Origin: Chiloscyllium plagiosum
Taxonomy: Eukaryota
Direction of reading: 5' to 3'
DNA: 40,562 nt
Assembly: GCF_004010195.1 (NCBI RefSeq)
Contig: NW_025214231.1
Coordinates: 1 to 40,562 of the forward strand
The notes below the pieces were generated by a model. The model did no database searches. It was not told the origin of the DNA and saw only the letters and a list, made by a program, of their open reading frames with translations. The position numbers were made by a program, and so were the translations under genes. Shown here one piece after another: positions 1 to 15,000 of this stretch. Every line of letters starts with the position of its first letter. Positions within the stretch are counted from its first letter, which is position 1.

Positions 1-3000
1 TGAGGCTCACCCTGTCATAGTGGGCGAGAGTGCACAATATATCTTACACTGATACAGTGAGCGATAGTGCGTACTGTGGCTCATACAGTCAAAGTGAGTG
101 AGAGTTTGTAATGTGGCTCACACTGTCACAGTGAGTGAGAGTGTGTAATGTGGCTCACCCTGTCACAGTGAGAGAGAGTATGTAATGTGGCTCACACTGT
201 CACAGTGAGCGTGAGTGTGTAATGTGGACCACACTGTCACAGTTAGCGCGAGTGTGTAATGTGGCTAACGCTGTCATTGTGAGCGAGAGTGTGTAATGTG
301 GCTCACACTGTCACAGTGAGCGCGTGTGTGTAATGTGACTCACACTGTCATTGTGAGCGAGAGTGTGTAATGTGGCTCACACTGTCACAGTGAGCGAGAG
401 TATGTAATGTGACTAACACTCTCACTGTGAGTGAGAGTGTGTAATGTGGCTCACACTGTCACAGAGAGCAAGAGTATCTATTATCTCTCACGGAGTCACA
501 GTGAGCAAGAGTGTGTAATGTATATCACGCTGTTACATTGAGCGAGAGTGTGTAATGTGACCCACACTGTCACAGTGAGTGAGAGAGTGTAATGTAGCTC
601 ACAGTGTTACAGTGAACGAGAGTGTGTAATGTGATTCACACTGTCACAGCGAGCGAGAGAGTGTTATGTGACTCACACTATCACAGTGACTGAGAATGTG
701 TAATGTGAATCATATTGTCACAGCGAGCGAGAGAGTGTAATGTGACTCATACTATCACAGTGACTGAGAATGTGTAATGTGAGCCACATTATAACAGTGA
801 GCGAGAGTGTGTAATATGGCCCACACTGTCACAGCGGGCGAGAGTGAGTAATGTGACTCATACTGTCAAAGTGAGCGAGACTGTGTAATTTGATTCACAC
901 TGTCACAGCGAGCGAGGGTATGTAATGTGACTCATACTGTCACAGTGAGCAAGAGAGTGTAATGTTACTCACACTATCACAGTGAGCGAGAGTACGTAAC
1001 GTGGCTCCCGCTGTCACAGTGAGTAAGAGAGTGTAATGAGACTCACACTGTCCCAGTGTGTAATGTGGTTCCAACTATCACAGTGAGCGAGAATGTGTAA
1101 TGTGCTGCACCCTGCCACAGTGAGTGAGAGTGTGTAACGTGGCTCACACTGTCACAGTGAGCGAGAGTGTGTAACGTGGCTTACACTGTCACGGTGAGCA
1201 AGAGTGTGTAACGTGGCTCACACTGTCACAGTGAGCGAGAGTGTGTAACGTGGCTTACACTGTCACGGTGAGCGAGAGTGTGTAACGTGGCTTACACTGT
1301 CACGGTGAGCGAGAAAGTGTAATATGACTCACACAGTCACAATGCGTGAGAGTGTGTAATGTGCCTCACACTGTCACAGTGGATGAGAATTGTAATGTAG
1401 CTCACACTGTCACAGTGAACGAGAGTGTGTAATGTGCCTCACACTGTCACAGTGGATGAGAGATTGTAATGTAGCTCACACTGTCACAGTGAGCAAGAGT
1501 GTGTAATGTGACTCACACTATCACAGTGAGCGAGAGTGTGTAACGTGGCTTGCACTGTCACAGTGAGTAAGAGAGTGTAATGAGACTCACACTGTCCCAG
1601 TGAGCGAGAGTGAGTAATGTGGCTCCCACTGTCACAGTGGGTGAGAGAGTGTAACGTGGCTGACACTGTCACAGTGAGCGAGAGTGTGTAACGTGGCTCA
1701 CACTGTCACAGTTAGCGAGAGTGTGTAACGTGGCTTACACTGTCACAGTGAGCGAGAGTGTGTAACGTGGCTTACACTGTCACGGTGAGCGAGAAAGTGT
1801 AATATGACTCGTACAGTCACAATGCGTGAGAGTGTGTAATGTGCCTCACACTGTCACAGTGGATGAGAGATTGTAATGTAGCTCACACTGTCACAGTGAG
1901 CAAGAGTGTGTAATGTGACTCACACTATCACAGTGAGCGAGAGTGTGTAACGTGGCTTGCACTGTCACAGTGAGTAAGAGAGTGTAATGAGACACACACT
2001 GTCCCAGTGAGCGAGAGTGCGTAATGTGGCTCCCACTGTCACAGTGGGTGAGAGAGTGTAATGTTACTCACACTATCACAGTGAGCGAGAGTGTGTAACG
2101 TGGCTTACACTGTCACGGTGAGCGAGAGTGTGTAACGTGGCTTACACTGTCACGGTGAGCGAGAACGTGTAATATGACTCACACAGTCACAATGCGTGAC
2201 AGTGTGTAATGTGCCTCACACTGTCACAGTGGATGAGAATTATAATGTAGCTCACACTGTCGCAGTGAACGAGAGTGTGTAATGTGCCTCACACTGTCAC
2301 AGTGGATGAGAGATTGTAATGTAGCTCACACTGTCACAGTGAGCAAGAGTGTGTAATGTGACTCACACTATCACAGTGAGCGAGAGTGTGTAACGTGGCT
2401 TGCACTGTCACAGTGAGTAAGAGAGTGTAATGAGACTCACACTGTCCCAGTGAGCGAGAGTGCGTAATGTGGCTCCCACTGTCACAGTCGGTGAGTGAGT
2501 GTAATGTTACTCACACTATCACAGTGAGTGAGAGTGTGTAATGTGTCTCACACAGTCACAGTGAGCGAGATTGTGTAATGTGGCTCACATAATGACAGTA
2601 TGCGAGAGTGTATAACGTGGCTGATGGTGTCACAGTGATCAAGAGAATGTAGTGTGGTTCATACTGTCACAGTGATTGCGAGTGTGTAATGTTACTGACA
2701 CTGTCACTGTGAGTGAGAGTGTGTAATGTGGTTCATACTGTCACAGTGAGCGAGAGTATGTAATGTGACTGACACTGTCACTGTGAGTGAGAGTGTGTAA
2801 TGTGGCACACAATGTGATAGTAAGCAAGACAATATAATGTCGCTCAGGCTGTCACAGTGAGCGAGACTGTGTAATGACATTAACACTGTCTCATTGAGCG
2901 AGAGTGTGTAAAGTGGCTCACACTGTCACACTGAGCGAGAGTGTGTAATGTGACTCACACTGTCACAGTGAGCGATAGTGTGTAATGTGACTTGCACTGT

Positions 3001-6000
3001 CACAGAGAGCGAGAGTGTGTCATGTGACTCATGCTGTGACGGTGAGCGAGAGTGTGTAATGTGCCTCACACTGTCACAGTGGATGAGAGATTGTAATGTA
3101 GCTCACACTGTCACAGTGAGCGAGAGTGTGTAATGTGAATCACTCTTTTACAGTGAGCGAGAATGGGTCTAGTGACATACTGCCACAGTGAGTAAGAGAG
3201 TGTAATGTAGCTCACACTGTCACAGTGAGCGAGGGTGTGTAATGTGAATCATGTTGTCACAGTGAGTGAGAGAGTGAAATGAGACTCACCCTATCACACT
3301 GAGTGACAGTGTGTAATGTGTTTCACACTGTCACAGTTTGAGAGAATGTTTAATGTTCCACACCCTGTCACAGTGATCGAGACTGTGTAACGTGGCTCAC
3401 ACAGTCACAGAGAGCGAGAGTGTGTAATGTGGCTCACACTGTCACAGTGAGTGAGAGTGTGTAATGTGCCTCACATTTTCACAGTGAGCGAGAGAGTGTA
3501 ATGTGACTCACACTGGCACAGTGAGCAAGAGTGTGTAATGAGACTCACACTGTCACAGTGAGCTGGAGTGTGTATGTGGTTCACACTATCACAGTGAGCG
3601 AGAGAATGTAATGTGCCGCACCCTGTCATAGTGAGCGAGCGTGTGTAACGTGGCTCACACAGTCACAGAGAGCGAGAATGTGTAATGTGGCTCACACTGT
3701 CACAGTGAGTGAGAGTGTGTAATGTGACCCACCCTGTCACAGTGAGTGAGAGTGTGTAATGTGACCCACACTGTCACAGTGAGTAAGAATGTGTAATGAG
3801 ACTCACACTGTCACAGAGAGCGAGAATGTGTAATGTGGCCCACACTGTCACAGTGAGTGAGGGTGTGTAATGTGGCTCACACTGTCACAGTGAGTGAGAG
3901 TGTGTAATGTGCCTCACATTTTCACAGTGAGCAAGAGTGTGTTGTGAGACTCACACTGTCACAGTGAGCTGGAGTGTGTAATGTGGCTCACACTATCACA
4001 GTGAGCAAGAGTGTGTAATGTGCCGCACCCTGTCACAGTGAGCGAGGTTGTGTAATGTGGCTCACACTTTGACAGTGAGCGAGAGTGTGTAATGTGACTC
4101 ACATTGCCACAGTGATCGAGAGACTGTAATGTGACCCACATTGTCACAGTGAGCAAGAGTGTGTAATGTGGCCCACACTGTCACAGTGAGCGAGAGTTTG
4201 TAATGTGGTTCACACTGTCACAGAGAGCGAGGGTGTGTAATGTGGCTCACACTGTCACAGTGAGAGAGACTGTGTAATGTGGTTCGCATAGTCACAGTGA
4301 GCGAGATGTGTAATGCGGCTCACACTGTCATAGTGAGCGAAAGTGTGTAACGTGGCTCACACAGACAGAGAGAGCGAGAATGTGTAATGTGGCTCACACT
4401 GTCACACTAAGCAAGTGTGTGTAATGTGCCTCACTCTGTCACAGTGAGCGAGGGTGTGTAATGTGGCTCACACTTTCACAGTGAGTGAGAGTGTGTAATG
4501 TGACCCACACTGTCACAGTGAGTAAGAATGTGTAATGAGACTCACACTGTCACAGTGAGTGAGAGTGTGTAATGGCGCTCACACTGTCACAGTGAGCGAG
4601 TGTGTGTAATGTGCCTCACTCTGTCACAGTGAGCGAGGGTGTGTAATGTGCCTCACACTGTCACAGTGGGTGAGAGAGTGTAATTTAGCTCACACTGTCA
4701 GTGAGCGAAAAAGTCTAATGTGACCCACACTGTCACAGTGAGCGAGAGAGTGTATTGTAGCTCACAGTGTTACAGTGAGCGAGGGTAGGAATGTGTATCA
4801 CATTGTCACAGTAAACAAGACTGTGTAATGTGACTCACACTGTCACAGTGAGCGAGAGAGTGTAGTGTGACTCACACTGACACAGTGACTGACACAGTAA
4901 TGTGAGACACTTTGCCACAGTGAGCGAGAGTGTGTAATTTAGCTCCTACTCTCTCAGTGAGCAAGAGAGCGTATTGTAGCTCACAGTGTTACAGTGTGGC
5001 AATGTGAATCACATTGTCAGAGTGAGCGAGAGTGTGTAATGTGACTCAGACTGTCACGGTGAGCGAGAGTGTGTAATGAGACTCACATTGTCACAGCAAG
5101 CAAGAGTATGTAATGTGACTCATACTGTCACTGTGAGCGAGTGTGAAACGTGGCTCACACTGTCACAGTGAGCGAGGGTGTGTAATGTGCCTCACCCTGT
5201 CACAGTGAGCGAGGGTAGTGTAATGCGGCTCACAAAGTCACAGTGAGCGAGAGTGTGTAACGTGGCTCACACTGTCACAGTGAATGAGAGTGTGTAACGT
5301 GGCTCACACTGTCATAGTGTGTGAGAGTGTAAATGTGGCCCACGCTGTCACAGTGGGCAAGAGAGTGTAATGTGGTTCACACTGCCACAGTGAGCAAGGG
5401 TGTGTAATGTGCCTCACCCTGTCACAGTGAGCGAGGGTAGTGTATTGCGGCTCACAAAGTCACAGTGAGGGAGAGTGTGTAATGTGACTCACACTGTCAC
5501 AGTGAGCGAGAGTGTAAATGTGGCCCACGCTGTCACAGTGGGCAAGAGAGTGTAATGTGGTTCACACTGTCACAGTGAGCGAGGGTGTGTAAATATTGCT
5601 CACACTGTGCGAGAGAGTGTAATGTGGCTCACATTGTCACAGTGGGCGAGAGAGTGTAATTTAGCTCACACTGTCACAGTGAGCGAGAATGTGTAATGTG
5701 ACCCACACTGTCACAGTGAGCGAGAGAGTGTATTGTAGCTCACAGTGTTACAGTGAGCGAGGGTGTGTAATGTGAATGAGATTGTCACAGTGAGCGAGAG
5801 AGTGTATTGTGACTCACACTGACACAGTGAGTGAGAATTTGTAATGTGAGCCACCTCGTCACTGTGAGCAAGGGTGTGTAATGTGACCCACACTGTCACA
5901 GTGAGTGAGAGAGTGTATTGCAGCTCACCGTGTTACAGAGACTCATACTGTCAAAGTAAGCGAGAGTGTGTAATGTGTCTCACATTGTCACAGCAAGCGA

Positions 6001-9000
6001 GAGTATGTAATGTGACTCATGCTGTCACAGTGAGCGAGACTGTGTAACATAGCTCACACTGTCTCAGTGAGTAAGAGTGTGTAATGTGGTTCACAATGTC
6101 ACAGTGAGCGAGAGTGTGTAATGTGCCTAACCCTGTCACAGTGAGCGAGGGTGTGTAATGTGGCTCACACTGTCACAGTGAACGAGAGTGTGTAATGTGA
6201 CTCACACTGTCACAGTGAGCGATAGTGTGTAATGTGCCCCACGCTGTCACAGTGAGCAAGAGTGTGTAATGTGGCCCACATTGTCACAGTGAGTGAGAGT
6301 GTGTAATGTGACTCACACTGTCATAGAGAGTGAGAGTGTGTAATGTGGCTCACACTGTCACACTGAGCGAGAGTGTGTAACGTGGCACATACTGTCACAG
6401 TGAGTGAGAGTGTGTAATGTGCCTCACATTTTCACAGTGAGCGAGAGTGTGTAATGTGACTCACACTGGCACAGTGATCAAGAGTGTGTAATGTGACTCA
6501 CACTGTCACAGTGAGCGAGAGTGTGTAATGTGGCTCACCTCACATTTACACAGTGAGCGAGAGTATGTAATGTGGTTCACAATGTCACAGTGAGCGAGAG
6601 TGTGTAATGTGCCTAACCCTGTCACAGTGAGCGAGGGTGTGTAATGTGGCTCACACTGTCACAGTGAACGAGAGTGTGTAATGTGACTCACACTGTCACA
6701 GTGAGCGATAGTGTGTAATGTGCCCCACGCTGTCACAGTGAGCAAGAGTGTGTAATGTGGCCCACATTGTCACAGTGAGTGAGAGTGTGTAATGTGACTC
6801 ACACTGTCATAGAGAGTGAGAGTGTGTAATGTGGCTCACACTGTCACACTGAGCGAGAGTGTGTAACGTGGCACATACTGTCACAGTGAGTGAGAGTGTG
6901 TAATGTGCCTCACATTTTCACAGTGAGCGAGAGTGTGTAATGTGACTCACACTGTCACAGTGAGTGAGAGTGTGTAATGTGCCTCACATTTACACAGTGA
7001 GCGAGAGTATGTAATGTGGCTCACATTGTCACAGTGAGCGAGAGTGTGTAATGTGGTTCACAGTATCACAGTGAGCAAGAGTGTGTAATGTGCTGCACCC
7101 TGTCACAGTGAGAGAGAGTGTGTAATTTGACTCACCCTGTAAAAGAGAGTGAGAGTGTGTAATGTGGCTCACGCTGTCACAGTGAGCGAGAGTGTGTAAC
7201 GTGGCTCACACTGTCACAGTGAGCGAGGGTGTGTAATGTGGCTCACACTTTCACAGTGAGTGAGAGTGTGTAATGTGACCCACATTGTCACAGTGAGTAA
7301 GAATGTGTAATGTGACTCACAATGTCACAGTGAGTGAGAGTGTGTAATGTGCTTCACATTTTCACAGTGAGCGCGAATGTGTAATGTGACTCACCCTGTC
7401 ACAGTGAGTGAGAGTGTGTAATGTGGCTCACACTTTCACAGTGAGTGAGAGTGTGTAATGTGACCCACACTGTCACAGTGAGTAAGAATGTGTAATGAGA
7501 CTCACACTGTCACAGTGAGTGAGAGTGTGTAATGGCGCTCACACTGTCACAGTGAGCGAGTGTGTGTAACGTGCCTCACATTTTCACAGTGAGCGAGAGA
7601 GTGGAATGTGACTCACACTGGCACAGTCAACGAGAGTGTGTAATGTGGGTCACACTATCACAGTGAGCAAGAGTGTGTAATGTGCTGCACCCTGGCACAG
7701 TGAGAGAGACTGTGTAATTTGACTCACCCTGTAAAAGTGAGTGAGAGTTTGTAATGTGGCTCACACTGTCAAGGTGAGCGAGAGTGTGTAACGTGGCTCA
7801 CACTGTCACAGTGAGCTGGAGTATGTAATGTGCCACACCCTGTCACAGTGAGCGAGGGTGTGTAATGTGGCTCACACTTTCACAGTGAGTGAGAGTGTGT
7901 AATGTGACCTACTCTGTCTCAGTGAGTAAGAATGTGTAATGAGACTCACTGTCACAGTGAGTGAGAGTGTGTAATGGGGCTCACACTGTCACAGTGAGTG
8001 AGAGTGTGTAACGTGCCTCACATTTTCACAGTGAGCGAGAGAGTGGAATGTGACTCACACTGGCACAGTGAACGAGAGTGTTTAATATGGTTCACACTAT
8101 CACAGTGAGCGAGAGTGTGTAATGTGCTGCACCCTGGCACAGTGAGAGAGACTGTGTAATTTGACTCACCCTGTAAAAGTGAGTGAGAGTGTGTAATGTG
8201 CCTCTCATTTTCACAGTGTGCGAGAGTGTGTAACGTGGCTCACACTGTCACAGTGAGTGAGAGTGTGTAATGTGCCTCTCATTTTCGCAGTGAGCGAGAG
8301 TGTGTAAAGTGATTCACACTGGCACAGTGATCGAGACTGTGTAATGTGACTCACAATGTCACAGTGAGTGAGAGTGTGTAATGTGCCTCACAGTTTCACA
8401 GTGAGCGCGAGTGTGTAATGTGACTCACCCTGTCACAGTGAGTGAGAGTGTGTAATGTGTTTCACACTGTCACAGTTTGAGAGAATGTTTAATGTTCCTC
8501 ACCCTGTCACAGTGAGAGAGACTGTGTAATTTGACTCACCCTGTAAAAGTGAGTGAGAGTGTGTAATGTGGCTCACACTGTCACAGTGAGCGAGAGTGTG
8601 TAACGTGGCTCACACTGTCACAGTGAGTGAGAGTGTGTAATGTGCCTCTCATTTTCACAGTGTGCGAGAGTGTGTAATGTGACTCACACTGGCACAGTGA
8701 TCCAGAGTGTGTAATGTGACTCACACTGTCACAGTGAGTGAGAATGTGTAATGTTCCCCACATTTTCACAGTGAGCGAGAGTGTGTAATGTGACTCACAC
8801 TGTCACAGTGAGCGAGTTTTTATCATGTGACTCACACAATCACAGTGAGCGTGAGAGTGTAATGTGACTCACCCTGTCACAGTGAGTGAGACTGTGTAAC
8901 GTGGCTCACACAATCACAGAGAGCGAGAATGTGTAATGTGGCTCACACCGTCACAGTGAGCGAGAGTGTGTAAGGTGACCCACACTGTCACAGTGAGAGA

Positions 9001-12000
9001 GGGTGTGTAATGGGGCTCACACTGTCACAGTGAGTGGGAGTGTGTAATGTGCCTCACATTTTCACAGTGAACGAGAGAGTGTAATGTGACTCACACTGGC
9101 ACAGTGAGCGAGAGTGTGTAATGTGGATCACACTATCACAGTGAGCAAGAGTGTGTAATGTGCTGCACCCTGGCACAGTGAGAGAGAGTGTGTAATGTGG
9201 ATCACACTGTCACAGTGAGAGAGAGTGTATAATTTGACTCACCCTGTAAAAGTGAGCGAGAGTGTGTAATGTGGCTCACACTGTCAAGGTGAGCGAGAGT
9301 GTGTAACGTGGCTCACACTGTCACAGTGAGTGAGAGTGTGTAATGTGCCTCTCATTTTCACAGTGTGCGAGAGTGTGTAAAGTGATTCGCACTGGCACAG
9401 TGATTGAGAGTGTGTAATGTGCCTCACATTTTCACAGTGAGCGAGAGTGTGTAATGTGACTCACACTGTCACAGTGAGTGAGTTTGTATCATGTGACTCA
9501 CACAATCACAGTGAGCGCGAGAGTGTAATGTGACTCACCCTGTCACAGTGAGTGAGAGTGTGTAATGTGTTTCACACTGTCACAGTGAGAGAGAGTGTGT
9601 AATGTTCCTCACCCTGTCACAGAGAGCGAGAATGTGTAATGAAACTCACACTGTCACAGTGAGCGAGAGTGTGTAAGGTGACCCACACTGTCACAGTGAG
9701 CGAGGGTGTGTAATGGGGCTCACACTGACACAGTGATCGAGAGACAGTAATGTGACCCATACTGTCACAGTGAGTGAGAGTGTGTAATGTGGCTCACATT
9801 GCCACAGTGATCGAGAGACAGTAATGTGTCACAGTGAACGAGAGTGTGTAACGTGGCTCACACTGTCACAGAGAGCGAGGGTGTGTAATGTGGCTCACAC
9901 TGTCACAGTGAGTGAGAATGTGTAATGTGGTTCACATTGTCACAGTGAGCGAGGGTGTGTAATGCGGCTCGCACTGTCACAGTGAGTGAGAGTGTGTAAC
10001 GTGGCTCACACAGACACAGAGAGCGAGAATGTATAATGTGGCTCACACTGTCACAGTGAGTGAGAGTGGGTAATGTGCCTCACCTTTTCACAGTGAGCGA
10101 GAGAGTGTAATGTGACTCAGACATTCACAGTGAGCGAGAGTGTGTAATGTCCCTCACACTTTCACAGTGAGCGAGAGTGTGTAATGTGACTCACACTATC
10201 ACAGTGAGCGAGAGTGTGTAATGTGACTCACACTGTCACAGTGAGCGAGAGAATGTAATGTGTCTCACATTGTCACAGCGAGCGAGAGTATGTAATGTCA
10301 CTCACACTGTCACACTGAGCGAGAGTGTGTAATGTGTCTCATCCTGTCACAGTGAGCGAGGGTGTGTAATGTGCCTCACACTGTCACAGTGGGTGAGAGA
10401 GTGTAATTTAGCTCACATTGTCACAGTGAGCGAAAAAGTGTAATGTGACCCACACTGTCACAGTGAGCGAGAGAGTGTATTGTAGCTCACAGTGTTACAG
10501 TGAGCGAGGTTGGGAATGTGTATCACATTGTCACAGTAAACGAGATGTGTAATGTGACTCACACTGTCACAGTGAGCGAGAGAGTGTAATATGACTCACA
10601 CTGGCACAGTGACTGAGAATGTGTAATGTGAGACACTTTGTCACAGTGTGCGAGAGTGTGTAATGTAGCTCTCACTGTCACAGTGAGCGAGAGTGTGTAA
10701 TGTGACCCACACTGTCACAGTGAGCGAGAGAGCGTATTGTAGCTCACAGTGTTACCGTGAGCGAGTGTGGGTAATGTGAATCACATTGTCACAGTGAACG
10801 AGTGTGTGTAATGTGACTCAGATTGTCACGGTGAGCGAGAATGTGTAATGTGACTCACATTGTCACAGCAAGCGAGAGTATGTAATGTGACTCATACTAA
10901 CACAGTGAGCGAGAGTGTGTAACGTGGCTCACACTGTCACAGTGAGCGAGGGTGTGTAATGTGCGTCACCCTGTCACATTGAGCGAGGGTAGTGTAATGC
11001 GGCTCACATTGTCACAGTGAGTGAGAGTTTGTAATGTGGTTCACACTGTCACAAAGAGCGAGGGTGTGTAATGTGGCTCACACTGTCACAGTGAGTGAAA
11101 ATGTGTAATGTGGTTCACATTGTTACAGTGAGCGAGGGTAGTGTAATGCGGCTCACACTGTCACAGTGAGTGAGAGTTTGTAATGTGGTTCACACTGTCA
11201 CAAAGAGCGAGGGTGTGTAATGTGGCTCACACTGTCACAGTGAGTGAAAATGTGTAATGTGGTTCACATTGTTACAGTGAGCGAGAATGTGTAATGCGGC
11301 TCACACTGTCATAGTGAGCGAGAGTGTGTAATGTGGCTCACACAGACACAGAGAGCGAGAATGTGTAATGTGGCTCACACTGTCACAGTGAGTGAGAGTG
11401 TGTAATGTGGTTAACACTGTCACCGTGAGCGAGAGTGCGTAATGTGACTCACACTGTCACAGTGAGCGAGAGAGTGCAATGTGGCTCACACTGTCACAAT
11501 GGGCGAGAGGGTGTAATGTAGCTCACACTGTCACAGTGAGTGAGTGTGTGTAATGTGAATCACGCTGTTACATTGAGCGAGAATGTGTAATGTGACCAAC
11601 ACTGTCACATTGAGTGAGAAAGTCTGTTGTAGCTCACAGTGTTACAGTGAGCAAGGGTGTGTAATGTGAATCATATTGTCACAGTGAACGAGAGTGTGCA
11701 ATGTGACTCACACTGTCACAGTGAGCGAGAGAGTGTAATGTGACTTACACTGACATAGTGACTGAGAATGTGTAATGTGGCCCACACTGTCACAGTGAGC
11801 GAGGTTGTATAATGTTACTCACACTATCACAGTGAGCGAGAGTGTGTAACGTGGCTGATGGTGTCACAGTGAGCGAGAGAATGTAATGTGACTCACACTG
11901 TCACAGTAGGTGAGAGAGTGTAATGTAGCTGACACTGTCACAGTGAGCGAGATAGTGTAATGTGATTCACGTTGTTACAGGGAACGAGAATGTGTCGAGT

Positions 12001-15000
12001 GACAAACTGCCACAGTGAGTGAGTGAGTGTAATGTAGCTCACACTGTCACAGTGAGCGAGGGTGTGTAATGTGAATCATATTGTCACAGTGAGCGAGAGT
12101 GTGTAATGTGACTCACACTGTCACAGTGAGCAAGAGAGTGTAATGGAGCTCACACTGTCACAGTGAGCGAGAGTGTAATGGAGCTCACACTGTCACAGTG
12201 AGCGAGAGAGTGTAATGTGACTCACTCTATCACAGTAAGCGAGAGTGTGTAATGTGGCTCAATCTGTCACAGTGGGTGAGAGAGTGCGAATGTGTCATGT
12301 GACACTGTCACAGTGAGCGAGAGAGTGTAATGTGACTCCTGTTGTCACAGCGAGCGAGAGTGTGCAATGTGACTCATACTCTCACAGTGTGCGAGGGTGT
12401 TTAATGTGGCCCACACTATCACAGGGACTGAGAATGTGTAATGTGAGCCACATTGTCACAGTGAGCGAGAGTGTGTATTGTGGTCCACACTGTCATTGTG
12501 AGCGCGAGAGTGTTTTGTAGCTCAACATGTAACAGTGACTCATACTGTCAAAGGAAGCGAGAGTGTATAATGTGACTCACATTGTCACAGTGAGTGAGAC
12601 TGTGTAACGTGGCTCACACTGTCACATTGAGTAAGAGTGTGTAATGTGACCCACATTGTCACAGTGAGTGAGAGTGTGTAATGTGGTTCACACTGTCAGA
12701 GTGAACGAGAGTGTGTAATATGCCTCACCCTGTCACAGTGAGCGAGGGTGTGTAACGTGGCTCACACTGTCAGAGTGAGCGAGAGTGTGTAATATGCCTC
12801 TCCCTGTCACAGTGTGCGAGAGAGTGTAATGTGACTCACACTGTCACAGTGAGGGAGAGTGTGTAAAATGACTCACACTATCACAGTGAGGGAGAGTGTG
12901 GAATGCGACTCACACTGTCACAGTGAGCGAGAGTGTGTAATGTGGCCCACGCTGTCACAGTGGGCAAGAGAGTGTAATGTGGTTCACACTGTCACAGTGA
13001 GCGAGAGTGTGTAATGTGGTGCACACTGTCACAGTGAGCGAGAGTGTGTAATGTGGTTCATACTGTCACAGTGAGCAAGAGTGTGTAATATGGCTCACAC
13101 TGTCACAGTGAGCAGGAGAGTGTAATGTGGTTCACACTGTCACAGTGAGCGAGAATGTTTAATGTGAGCACACTGTCACATGGAGTGAGAGTGTGTAATG
13201 TGACTCACACTATCACAGTGAGCGAGAGTTTGTAACGTGGCTCACACTGTCACAGTGAGCGAGGGTGTGTAATGTGGCTCACATTGTCACAGTGGGCGAG
13301 AGAGTGTAATGTAGCTCACACTGTCACAGTGAGCGAGAGAGTGTAATGTGGCTCACATTGTCACAGTGGGCGAGAGAGCGTAATTTAACTCACGCTGTCA
13401 CAGTGAGCGAGAATGTGTAATGTGACCCACACTGTCACAGTGAGCGAGAGAGCATATTGTAGCTCACAGTGTTACAGTGAGCGAAAGTGTGTAATGTGAA
13501 TCATATTGTCACAGTGAGCGAGAGAATGTAATGTGACTCATACTGTCACAGGGAGCGAGGGTGAGCAATTTGGCTCACACAGTCACAGTGAGCGAGAGTG
13601 TGTAATGTGATTCACAGAGTCACAGTGACCGAGAGTGTGTAATGTGGCTCACACTGTCACAGTGGGCGAGAAAGTGTAATGTGACCCACACTGTCACAGT
13701 GAGCAAGAGAGTGTATTGTAGCTCACAGTGTTACAGTGAGCGAGGGTGTGTAATGTGACTCACACTGTCACTGTGCGCGAGAGAGTGTAATGTGACTCAC
13801 ACTGACACAGTGACTGAGAATGTGTAATGGGAGACACTTTGTCACAGTGAGCGAGAGTGTGTAATGTGACCCACACTGTCACAGTGAGCGAGAGAGCGTA
13901 TTGTAGCTCACAGTGTTATAGTGTGCGAGTGTGTGTAATGTGAATCACATTGTCACAGCGAACGAGAGTTTGTAATGTGACTCAGATTGTCACGGTGAGC
14001 GAGAGTGTGTAATGTGACTCACATTGTCACAGCGAACGAGAGTGTGTAATGTGACTCACATTGTCACAGCAAGCTAGAGTATGTAATGTGACTCATACTG
14101 TCACAGTGAGCGAGACTGTGTAACGTGGCTCACACTGTCACAGTGAGCGAGGGTGTGTAATGTGCCTCACCCTGTCACAGTGAGTGAGGGTAGTGTAATG
14201 CGGCTCACACTGTCACAGTGAGTGAGAGTTTGTAATGTGGTTCACACTGTCACAGAGAGCGAGTGTGTGTAATGTGGCTCACACTGTCACAGTGAGTGGA
14301 AATGTGTAATGTGGTTCACATTGTTACAGTGAGCGAGGGTTTGTAATGTGGTTCACACTGTCACTGAGAGCGAGTGTGTGTAATGTGGCTCACACTGTCA
14401 CAGTGAGTGGAAATGTGTAATGTGGCTCACACTGTCATAGTGAGCGAGAGTGTGTAACGTGGCTCACACAGACACAGAGAGCGAGAATGTGTAATGTGGC
14501 TCACACTGTCACAGTGAGTGGAAATGTGTAATGTGGTTCACATTGTTACAGTGAGCGAGGGTNNNNNNNNNNNNNNNNNNNNNNNNNNNNNNNNNNNNNN
14601 NNNNNNNNNNNNNNNNNNNNNNNNNNNNNNNNNNNNNNNNNNNNNNNNNNNNNNNNNNNNNNNNNNNNNNNNNNNNNNNNNNNNNNNNNNNNNNNNNNNN
14701 NNNNNNNNNNNNNNNNNNNNNNNNNNNNNNNNNNNNNNNNNNNNNNNNNNNNNNNNNNNNNNNNNNNNNNNNNNNNNNNNNNNNNNNNNNNNNNNNNNNN
14801 NNNNNNNNNNNNNNNNNNNNNNNNNNNNNNNNNNNNNNNNNNNNNNNNNNNNNNTTCACAGTGAGCGAGAGTGTGTAATGTGACTCACACTATCACAGTG
14901 AGCGAGAGTGTGTAATGTGACTCACACTGTCACAGTGAGCGAGAGAATGTAGTGTCTCACATTGTCACAGCGAGCGAGAGTATGTAATGTGACTCATACT

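Noticed and set aside
14509..14883. Two longest array ORFs
   Set aside because: They consist of N-gap.
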